Below, piece after piece: positions 1-7,537 of a DNA stretch of 64,000 nucleotides. Positions within the stretch are counted from its first letter, which is position 1. Each line of letters begins with the position of its first letter. The notes under the pieces are model-generated. The model had not been told where the DNA came from, did no database searches, and saw only the letters and a list, made by a program, of their open reading frames with translations. The stretch is from positions 1,568,001-1,632,000 of the forward strand of contig CAWHFW010000005.1 of assembly GCA_963828735.1 (NCBI GenBank). Reading direction: 5' to 3'. The position numbers and the translations under genes were made by a program. This DNA is from an uncultured Gemmatimonadales bacterium (GTDB lineage: Bacteria; Gemmatimonadota; Gemmatimonadetes; Gemmatimonadales; GWC2-71-9).

Positions 1-1
1 C

Positions 2-538
2 ACGCGACCAGCGTGGCCGGGTGGCAACGTGGAACCGACGGCGGCGATCCGCGGGCTGCACAGTGTGACTTTGCTGCTCCGTGATCGTGCTCGCACGATC
101 GAGCTCATGACGACCCTCCTCGGCTTCTCGGTGGTGGATGAGATCTCGGATCGGACACGACTGGCCGTGGGTGGGAACGCACCTGGGCACCTCGTCGATC
201 TCGTGACATCCGAAGCCGCGCCCCCCGCGCGCAACGGCCTGGGAACGGTCCACCACGTGGCCTTCGCGATCGACGGCGCCGAGGAGCAGCGTCGGTTGCG
301 CGAGGAGCTCCTCGGGCTCGGGTACGATGTCACCCCCGTGCGCGATCGCACGTATTTCCAGTCGATCTACTTCCGCGAGCCCGGCGGCGTGCTGTTCGAG
401 GTCGCGACGATGGCGCCGGGATTCACGGTGGACGAACCCTTGGAGGCCCTCGGAAACGGGCTCAAGCTTCCACCCTGGGAGGAGTCCAACCGACCAGCCA
501 TCGAGGCGACGCTCCCGACGCTCGACTCCGCGGTTTAG
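2..538 (+). CDS. Ring-cleaving dioxygenase / glyoxalase (VOC) family, 5'-truncated by window edge
   Basis: Frame open from position 2; motifs GLHSVTL, GTVHHVAF, DRTYFQSIYFREPGGVLFEVAT typical of MhqO-like proteins. Confidence 0.85.
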   Translation, partial: TRPAWPGGNVEPTAAIRGLHSVTLLLRDRARTIELMTTLLGFSVVDEISDRTRLAVGGNAPGHLVDLVTSEAAPPARNGLGTVHHVAFAIDGAEEQRRLREELLGLGYDVTPVRDRTYFQSIYFREPGGVLFEVATMAPGFTVDEPLEALGNGLKLPPWEESNRPAIEATLPTLDSAV

Positions 539-583
539 CTTCGACGGCACCTCCTCCGTCATCATCCCCCAGCCACGAGGCGT

Positions 584-1903
584 ATGGGTTCGCACCACGA
601 GGTCGAGCTCCCGCCAGTGTCGCGTCCCGCTCCGCCGTCGCGCCTCGCCCGCCTCGGCCGCAACCTGACGGTCCGGGTTCTGGCCGGGATCGCGCTCGGG
701 GTCTTGGTCGGTGTTCTGTGGCCTGCCGCGGGACGCGCGATGAAGCCCGTCGGCGACACGTTCGTCAACCTGGTCCGCATGGTGATCGCGCCGATCATCT
801 TCCTCACGATCACGCTGGGTGTCGCCCACGCGGGCGATCTGAAGCGTGTCGGCCGGGTGGGTCTCAAGGCCTTCGTCTACTTCGAAGTGGTCACCACCTT
901 CGCGCTGGCCATCGGCCTGGTCGTGATGAACGTGGTCCGCCCGGGCGAGGGGATCGATGCCACGCAGGTCGCGGCCGCCGACGTGTCGCGGTTCACGGCC
1001 CAGGGCGAGGCCCTCACGTTCGTGGACTTCGTCACCCACATCGTTCCGTCCAGCGTGGTCGGCGCCTTCGCGCAGGGCGAGATCCTGCAGGTGGTGTTCT
1101 TTTCCCTTCTGTTCGGGGTGGCACTCGCCTCCCTCGGCCGGGCTGGACGGCCCGTGACCCGGATGCTGGAGCGCCTGATGGAGGTGTTCTTCCGCATCGT
1201 GGCGATCGTCATGCTGGTCGCCCCGATCGGCGCGTTCGGCGCGATGGCGTACACCATCGGCACCTTCGGCGTGGCGTCGCTGCTCACGCTCGGCCGGCTC
1301 ATGGCCTGTGTCTACTTGACGATGGCGCTGTTCATCTTCGTCGTGCTGGGTCTGATCGCGCGGCTGTGGGGATTCAGGCTGCTCCGGCTGCTGGCCCACA
1401 TCAAGGAAGAGATTCTGATCGCGCTCGGGACCTCCTCCAGCGAGACCGTGCTCCCGCGCATGCTGGACAAGATGGAACAGTTCGGGTGCGAGCGGTCGGT
1501 GGTCGGGCTGGTCATTCCGGCGGGGTACTCTTTCAACCTGGACGGGACCTCGATCTATCTTTCGATGGCCACGCTCTTCATCTCACAGGCGTACGGCCTG
1601 CACCTGCCGCTCGCCCAGCAGATCGGGCTGCTGGGCGTCCTCATGATCACCTCCAAGGGCGCGGCCGGCGTCACCGGCTCCGGTTTCATCGTGCTGGCGA
1701 GCACCCTTTCGGCGCTTCGCATCGTGCCCGTAGAGGGCGTGGCGCTTGTGCTCGGCGTGGACCGCTTCATGAGCGAGGCGCGGACCGTCACCAACCTCAT
1801 CGGGAACGCGGTCGCGACGGTCGTGATCGCGAAGAGCGAGAGGGCGTTCGCGAGCCCCGATCCGGTTGTCATCCCGAGCGAAGCGGGGAATCTTGTCCGG
1901 TAG
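584..1903 (+). CDS. dctA: C4-dicarboxylate:H+ symporter (DAACS family)
   Basis: GTSSSE, GYSFNLDGTSIY, SKGAAGVTGSGF, GVDRFMSEAR motifs. Confidence 0.92.
   Translation: MGSHHEVELPPVSRPAPPSRLARLGRNLTVRVLAGIALGVLVGVLWPAAGRAMKPVGDTFVNLVRMVIAPIIFLTITLGVAHAGDLKRVGRVGLKAFVYFEVVTTFALAIGLVVMNVVRPGEGIDATQVAAADVSRFTAQGEALTFVDFVTHIVPSSVVGAFAQGEILQVVFFSLLFGVALASLGRAGRPVTRMLERLMEVFFRIVAIVMLVAPIGAFGAMAYTIGTFGVASLLTLGRLMACVYLTMALFIFVVLGLIARLWGFRLLRLLAHIKEEILIALGTSSSETVLPRMLDKMEQFGCERSVVGLVIPAGYSFNLDGTSIYLSMATLFISQAYGLHLPLAQQIGLLGVLMITSKGAAGVTGSGFIVLASTLSALRIVPVEGVALVLGVDRFMSEARTVTNLIGNAVATVVIAKSERAFASPDPVVIPSEAGNLVR
1868..1893 (+). repeat. REP-like half element GTCATCCCGAGCGAAGCGGGGAATCT inside the dctA 3' end
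   Basis: Resembles the widespread GTCATCCYGAGCGAAGCGARGRATCT short repeat; reads VIPSEAGNL on + and IPRFARDD on -. Confidence 0.55.
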
Positions 1904-1993
1904 GCGCACGACCCAGGCCGAGCATCCCGATCGGCGGGAATGCCGACGGGCCGCATCCGACGCATCGATCTCATCTCTCGCCGTCGAGACCCC

Positions 1994-3448
1994 ATGACCA
2001 GCCCGACACGCTTCGTCATCCCCGCGCTGATCGCCCTTCTTCTACCCGCCTCTCTCACGGGCCAGGCCGTGGCTCCCGAGGAGTACGCGGCGCGCCGCGA
2101 TTCGCTCGCGGCGCGCCTGGGCGACGGCGTGGTCGTGGCGTTCGGGGCGCCGTCACCCACGGGGGTAAACCGCCAGCCGCAGCTGCCCGCGTTTCGCTGG
2201 CTCACGGGCTTTCTGGAGCCGGACGCAGCGCTGGTCCTGATGCTCCGCGGTGGCCACGCGACCGGAGTCCTCTTCACCCAGCCGCGCGATCCACGGCGCG
2301 TGCTGTACGACGGTTTTCCGCCAGACTCGGCGGCCGTCACCCGCGCCACCGGCCTGGGCGCGCGATCCATCGCGGCGTTGACACCGACCCTGGATTCGCT
2401 GGCCGGAACCGGCCAGACGTTCTTTACCTTGCGCGACTATGCCGGCGACGACTATGCCGACACCGATTCGCTCACGCGTGGCGCGGTCTTCATGCGCGGG
2501 TTCGCGGAGCGGCATCGCAATCTGCAGATCCGGAATGCCCACCCCGCGACGGACAGCCTCCGCGCACGCAAGAGCCCAACCGAGCTGGCTCTTCTTCGCC
2601 GTGCGATCGCGGCCACGGTGGCCGCGCACCGCGAGGCCATGCGCACGGTGCGCCCGGGCATGTGGGAATACGAAATCGAGGCCCTGTTCACCTCCGCGTT
2701 CCGGAAGACCGGTGGAGATGGCCCGGCCTTCGGATCCATCGTGGGATCCGGTCCGAACTCGACGCAATACCACTACGGGGCGAACAACCGGCAGATGAGC
2801 GCGGGAGATGTCGTGGTGATGGACGTCGGCGCCGGATGGAGCGGCTATGCGGCGGATGTGACCCGCACGGTGCCGGTGAGTGGCCGCTTCACCCCCGAGC
2901 AACGCGCGGTCTACCAGATCGTCCGGGACGCGCAGCACGCCGCGGAGCGGGTGGCCGCGCCTGGCGCGTCCTACGAGGCGTGGCGGGATTCCGCACGGGC
3001 GGTCGTGGCGCGCGGCGTGGCCCGGCTCGGGCTCACCGAGGGCGTGGACGCGACCTTCGATCCGCCGTGGTCCGACCAGTGCCGCCAGGAGGCCGTACGC
3101 TGTACGCAGTCGTTCCTGTACATGGCTCACGGCCTCGGCCACGGCATCGGGCTGGAGGTGCACGATCCGCCCCATCCGTGGAAGGACACGGGCGTTTTCG
3201 CTCCCGGCAACGTGTTCACCATCGAGCCCGGCATCTACGTCAGCACGCGGCTGCTGGACATGCTTTCCGACACACCCAAGAACCGCGCGATGATCGCCAA
3301 GGTGCGGGACGCCGTGGCACGCTACAACAACATCGGCATCCGCATCGAGGACGACTACGCGATCACCGGGACCGGGGTGGAGTGGCTGAGTCGGGCGCCG
3401 CGGGAGATCGCCGAGATCGAAGCCGCCATGGCGAGCCGTGGCAAGTAG
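1994..3448 (+). CDS. Xaa-Pro aminopeptidase (M24B) with signal peptide
   Basis: MDVG..YAADVTRT, HGLGHGIGLEVHD, TIEPG, IRIEDD metal-ligand motifs; hydrophobic N-terminus. Confidence 0.9.
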   Translation: MTSPTRFVIPALIALLLPASLTGQAVAPEEYAARRDSLAARLGDGVVVAFGAPSPTGVNRQPQLPAFRWLTGFLEPDAALVLMLRGGHATGVLFTQPRDPRRVLYDGFPPDSAAVTRATGLGARSIAALTPTLDSLAGTGQTFFTLRDYAGDDYADTDSLTRGAVFMRGFAERHRNLQIRNAHPATDSLRARKSPTELALLRRAIAATVAAHREAMRTVRPGMWEYEIEALFTSAFRKTGGDGPAFGSIVGSGPNSTQYHYGANNRQMSAGDVVVMDVGAGWSGYAADVTRTVPVSGRFTPEQRAVYQIVRDAQHAAERVAAPGASYEAWRDSARAVVARGVARLGLTEGVDATFDPPWSDQCRQEAVRCTQSFLYMAHGLGHGIGLEVHDPPHPWKDTGVFAPGNVFTIEPGIYVSTRLLDMLSDTPKNRAMIAKVRDAVARYNNIGIRIEDDYAITGTGVEWLSRAPREIAEIEAAMASRGK

Positions 3449-4064
3449 GACCCCGAGACGGCCGGTCTGGCCGCTCGTCCTGTCGCTGCTGCTCTTCGGG
3501 CTCGCGGTGATCGTGGGACGCGGAGTGGCACGGGGGATGGCCCCGTTACGCCGCCTGACCGGGGGCCAGACGAGCGTCAGTCAGTCGGTCGTGGTCGAGC
3601 AGACCCGCGCCGTCGCCCGGCTGGTCACGAGCGAGACGATGCTCCGCGACGTGGTGATATACGAGAACAGCCGGCTGGGCTCGACCAAGCGCTCGCTGGT
3701 CGTGGTCACCGGGAAGGTGCTGACCGGCTTCGATCTCGATCGGGGCACCGAGGTCACCGTGGACCATCCGTCGCGTCGCATCCGCATCATCTTGCCGCCT
3801 CCAGCGGTCATGGGCGTGGAGATCACCGAGCTCAAGACCTACGACGAGGAGCGGGGGCTGTGGAATCCGTTTCGCCCCGCCGATCGCGACACGATCTTCG
3901 CCCTCGCACGCCGCCAGCTGGTCCGAACCGCGGGTGAAGTGGAGCTGGCCAGACACGCCGAGGAGAGCGCGAGACGCCTGTTGGAGGCCACCGTGCACGC
4001 GGACGGGTACACCACCGAGGTCGAATTCGGCGCCCCGCGGGCGCCCGCCGACAGCGAGCGCTGA
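3438..4064 (+). CDS. DUF4230-like membrane-anchored protein
   Basis: N-terminal TM helix; G-K-V-x-x-G-F-D-L and I-x-L-P-P-P pattern; overlaps upstream stop. Confidence 0.7.
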   Translation: MASRTPRRPVWPLVLSLLLFGLAVIVGRGVARGMAPLRRLTGGQTSVSQSVVVEQTRAVARLVTSETMLRDVVIYENSRLGSTKRSLVVVTGKVLTGFDLDRGTEVTVDHPSRRIRIILPPPAVMGVEITELKTYDEERGLWNPFRPADRDTIFALARRQLVRTAGEVELARHAEESARRLLEATVHADGYTTEVEFGAPRAPADSER

Positions 4065-4075
4065 AGGGGAGAGCC

Positions 4076-4633
4076 ATGCTGGCGTACGTCTTCTGGCACT
4101 GGCCCGGCGCCGGGATCGCGGCCACGGCCTATGAGCAGGCACAGCGCGGCTTCCACGCGGCGCTCGGGGCGGCACCTCCGCCGGCGTTCCTGCGCTCGTG
4201 CTCGTTCGCGGTACGCGGCGCGCCGTGGGCGGCGAATGGAGCCGAGGCCTACGAGGACTGGTACCTCGTCGAAGGATCCGCCGCGCTCGATCCGCTCAAC
4301 GACGCGGCCATCACCGCCTCACGCCAGGCCCCACACGACGCCGCCGCCGCCCTCGCCGCAGGCGGCACCGCCGGACTCTATTCGCTCCGTTTGGGCGCGC
4401 CGGGGGCGCCGCCGGGAACGGCCACCTGGTTCGCCAAGCCCGCCGGCATGTCCTACGCCGACTTGTTCGGGACGTTCGAGCCCGTGGTTCGAGAGCAGAA
4501 GGGCGCGCTCTGGTGCCGGCACATGACGCTGGGCCCCGCACCGGAGTTTTGCCTGCACACCTCCCGTCCGACGCGGCTTCCGGCCGGCTTCGCGCCGCTC
4601 GCCCTCGAGTGTCGCGCGGTGTGGCCGGGGTGA
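4076..4633 (+). CDS. Hypothetical protein (MLAYVFWHWP...YEDWYLV)
   Basis: RBS GGGGAG, operonic spacing, protein-like composition. Confidence 0.7.
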   Translation: MLAYVFWHWPGAGIAATAYEQAQRGFHAALGAAPPPAFLRSCSFAVRGAPWAANGAEAYEDWYLVEGSAALDPLNDAAITASRQAPHDAAAALAAGGTAGLYSLRLGAPGAPPGTATWFAKPAGMSYADLFGTFEPVVREQKGALWCRHMTLGPAPEFCLHTSRPTRLPAGFAPLALECRAVWPG

Positions 4634-4651
4634 GCGGTAATGACATCCGAT

Positions 4652-4694
4652 AAAAAAGACGAAGGGGGCATGCCCGTTCGGCATGCCCCCTTCG
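4652..4694 (-). terminator. Intrinsic terminator, hairpin family copy 1
   Basis: Perfect 15-bp stem CGAAGGGGGCATGCC/GGCATGCCCCCTTCG (4660-4694), A6 at 4652-4657 (U-tract on -), between convergent genes. Confidence 0.85.
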
Positions 4695-4714
4695 CGTTGT
4701 ACGGCCCGGGCGAG

Positions 4715-5695
4715 CTACGGGGTGACGTTCATCTGCAGCGTCACGAGGGAACAGCCGATGGCCGTGTTGCATGCGACGACCTCGACGCCGGGACCCGTCA
4801 TCTCCCCGATCAGGTCGCCATTCTCCAGCCCGCTCGTGTAGTTGAGCGCCGGCTGCCCGAAGTACACGGTCCAGACGTTGGCCGGGAATGCGTTGTCGGT
4901 GCCGACGAGAATGCCCGCGCCGGTCGTCGTGTTGCTGCCACCATCGTAGATGAGCTGCGCCACCGGTGAACCGTTCGAGTAAAAGTTCATGACGCGGTTG
5001 CCGGTACCGTCGTTGGCCGTGAACAGCTGCGCCTGGGGCGCGAAGCTGAGCGAAAGCGACGTAGTGGTCGGACCGGTGCGCGCGCACTTGGTGTGAAACG
5101 GATGCGTGTCCTGGCCGCCCGGATTGATCCAGAGTCCCGGCTCCCCGGTCGCGGAGCTCTCGCAGGTGCCCTTGCCGTCGTTGCCCGGGGTGCCGCCGGT
5201 CCCGTAGTCCAGACAGTTCGGGTTGTTCGGGCCGAAGACGTTCCCGTCGGGATCGGTCCAGAAGCCCTTGGGCCCGCAGGTACCGACGCCGTAGAGGCCG
5301 GCCCCCGAGGTCTTGAAGACGAGCGCCGTGCTGCTGCCCGTCGTTCCGGCGGTGCCGCTGCCCGAGGTGTCGTACGCCGCCGGATCAACCGGCTCGATCG
5401 TCGGTGGCGTGCTGTCCCCCGGCGAAGTCCACGTCCCGTTGTTCACGGGATCGCCGGCGCCGGTCGTGTCGGATGTGAAGGTGGTATCGCCCGGGTTGGT
5501 CGAGGTGGTGTCGCCGGGATTGGTGGTCGTGGTGTCGCCGCCGCTCGTGCCGGGGAGGCCGCTGTCGCGCGGACCGCCGGGAACGGGGTTGTCGCGGGTG
5601 CCCGAGCCTGAAGGGGCCGTGAGGTTGTCGCTGTTGGAACAGGCCGTGATGGCCAGGACCGCCACGAGCCCGGCGGCGAGACGCATGCGGAGCAT
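4715..5695 (-). CDS. Uncharacterised secreted lipoprotein with G/T/D-rich linker and Cys-paired repeats
   Basis: SD AAGGAGA before ATG 5695; lipobox ITAC; GDTT repeats; six further Cys. Confidence 0.8.
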   Translation of the reverse strand: MLRMRLAAGLVAVLAITACSNSDNLTAPSGSGTRDNPVPGGPRDSGLPGTSGGDTTTTNPGDTTSTNPGDTTFTSDTTGAGDPVNNGTWTSPGDSTPPTIEPVDPAAYDTSGSGTAGTTGSSTALVFKTSGAGLYGVGTCGPKGFWTDPDGNVFGPNNPNCLDYGTGGTPGNDGKGTCESSATGEPGLWINPGGQDTHPFHTKCARTGPTTTSLSLSFAPQAQLFTANDGTGNRVMNFYSNGSPVAQLIYDGGSNTTTGAGILVGTDNAFPANVWTVYFGQPALNYTSGLENGDLIGEMTGPGVEVVACNTAIGCSLVTLQMNVTP

Positions 5696-5748
5696 GTGAT
5701 TCTCCTTCGACTTCACGAGGGTGACCCGGCACAGGTTGCCGGCATCGC

Positions 5749-5828
5749 CCCTTCGACAGCCAGGCTGTCTCAAAGAGACCCTTGGCTTTGCGGACCGGCC
5801 TCGCGGCCGGGGTGCCCTAGTCGAAGGG
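5749..5828 (-). ncRNA. c-di-GMP-I (GEMM-I)-fold riboswitch aptamer, U92 variant
   Basis: Minus strand CCCUUCG-ACUAGG-GCACC-CCGGCC-GCGA-GGCCGG-UCCGC-AAAGCCA-AGGGUCUC-UUU-GAGACAGCC-UGGCU-G-U-CGAAGGG: P1, GNRA-capped P2, CGCAAAGCC core and P3, with junction and P2 spacing matching the Vc2 aptamer. Confidence 0.85.
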
Positions 5829-5857
5829 TACGGACACAGGACTTCGGCACGATCTAA

Positions 5858-5873
5858 AGCAACCGCGGTGCCA
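5858..5873 (-). promoter_or_regulatory. Sigma-54 (-24/-12) promoter
   Basis: Minus strand TGGCAC-CGCGG-TTGCT, exact match to TGGCAC-N5-TTGCW; predicted +1 near 5847, just before the aptamer; AT-rich tract 5894-5917 upstream. Confidence 0.85.
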
Positions 5874-5991
5874 AATCCCTAAGCGCATACGGCGTAATTA
5901 GATAGACTTGATACAATGAGCTGACGGCGGGGACTTGTGCCGCGAGATGCGAGGACCGTCGAGAATTCAGCCAGCGCTCCGAAGCCCGGCT

Positions 5992-7446
5992 TCAGGCCTG
6001 GCCGATCGTCGGGCGCGAGTGGCTCACCAGCACGCCGCAAAGCCCGCCATGCTGCGCCACGTTCACCACCTGCTTTTGCGAGGCGCGGGCGAGGATCGCG
6101 ACCCCATCGTCCCCCGCCGCGAAGCCCATCACCGTATAGAACGGCTCGACGTGCACGTCACCGTCGGGACCGACGACCGGAAACTCGCGGACGGGAATCG
6201 TTGCGACCTGCTGCACGACCCAGCGGTCGTCGGTGTCTGCGAGTGCGGATCCGAGCGCGCCGTCCCATTGCTCCCGCGTGACCGCAGGCCCGATCACGAT
6301 CCCGTCGCCGCCATAGGCGCGGTTCGGTTTGAGCACCAGCGACTCGTGGTGGCCGCGCGCGTAGTCGAGCAGGTGACCGAGGCGGCCGTCTGGCAGCACG
6401 GTACGCCGGTCGCCGAGCACGCGAGTCCAGAGAATGTGCCGCTGAAACACCTGTCGCTCGGCAGGGGTGAAGTACTGCTGGCAGAGCCGCTGATCGGTGA
6501 GGACCTCCCAGCATGCCTTCTGGTCGAGGTCAGCGGTGATGGAGGAGATCATCCGGTTCTCGCGCAACAGCACCCGCATCGGCTCGATGTCCACCCCCTC
6601 AGCCTCGAGCTCGAGCAGGTCCACGACGCCGTAGTCCCGGTAGGCGACGTCGACGCGCTGGTCCCGATACCATACCGCTCCCTCGCGCAGCGAGAGCTCG
6701 GACGGATCGGCGTGCATCACGGTGAGTCCGTGGCGCTCATGCAGATAGTCAGCGATCTGCGCCTGCTCGTCCGGCCCGTTGCCGGCGTACTTGGGCTCCA
6801 CGAAGCACACGCCCGGCCCGCTCGAGATCGCCGTCATGTGCTCGATCAGCGCGGCGGCGAGCAACTCCCGGATGTCCTTCCCCACGGCGAGATCCAGCGC
6901 GACGTCCCCGTTCCTGAGTGCCGGCACCACGATGTCCTGGATCAGCCGCTCGCAGGTGGGCACGATGTGGAGTCCGCCGATGCCCATGAGGTTCGGCTCC
7001 ACGAACCGAAGCGACTCCTTCCACATGGGACTGGTGAAGTCCACCAGCGCGTCGAGCCGCCCAAACACGGGATTGGCCTCGTCATGACTCGCGGTCCAGC
7101 ACTGCCGGAGCCACGCCTCCTCCTCGTCCGGCAGGCGGAGAATCTCGCGGACGCTGAAGTCGCCGAGGTAGAGCGAGGGCAGCCGCTTGAGAGCGTTCTG
7201 CACCGTGAGCGTCACGTGGTGCACGTAGGCCAGCTGGTCGGGCAGGATGGTGATCGGTGCCGGCAGGATCCGGATGGGCTCGACTTCGCCCTCGTGCAGG
7301 TACACGACGTGGTGGGCAAGCGCGCCCGCGCGCAGGCGCTCGATGATCCCGGCCAGCTCGGCGGGCGCCAGGCGGGAGAGGGCATGCTGCACTCGGCTGG
7401 CGAGGGCCAGCCCGGCGAGGCCACGCTCCTCGGCGGGGGTCAGCAT
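5992..7446 (-). CDS. Circularly permuted ATP-grasp / glutathionylspermidine-synthase-like peptide ligase
   Basis: FGRLD, FVEPN, VDVAYR, DQKA, ILWTR, LVLKPNRAYGGDGIVIG, WVVQQ, ARAS...VVNVAQHGG motifs. Confidence 0.8.
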   Translation of the reverse strand: MLTPAEERGLAGLALASRVQHALSRLAPAELAGIIERLRAGALAHHVVYLHEGEVEPIRILPAPITILPDQLAYVHHVTLTVQNALKRLPSLYLGDFSVREILRLPDEEEAWLRQCWTASHDEANPVFGRLDALVDFTSPMWKESLRFVEPNLMGIGGLHIVPTCERLIQDIVVPALRNGDVALDLAVGKDIRELLAAALIEHMTAISSGPGVCFVEPKYAGNGPDEQAQIADYLHERHGLTVMHADPSELSLREGAVWYRDQRVDVAYRDYGVVDLLELEAEGVDIEPMRVLLRENRMISSITADLDQKACWEVLTDQRLCQQYFTPAERQVFQRHILWTRVLGDRRTVLPDGRLGHLLDYARGHHESLVLKPNRAYGGDGIVIGPAVTREQWDGALGSALADTDDRWVVQQVATIPVREFPVVGPDGDVHVEPFYTVMGFAAGDDGVAILARASQKQVVNVAQHGGLCGVLVSHSRPTIGQA

Positions 7447-7537
7447 GGTGCGCTCCGTCCGGCGGCGGGTTCACGTGTATGTTACTCCCGGACCCTTCCG
7501 GCGCAACGACGGCCCCGCACACCTCACCCAAGGACTC

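Noticed and set aside
718..3510. 930-aa ORF and other long Arg/Gly/Pro-rich or antisense ORFs (e.g. 9079-11856, 26482-29652, 5935-7731)
   Set aside because: Shadow frames of well-supported genes; stop codons are scarce in high-GC DNA.
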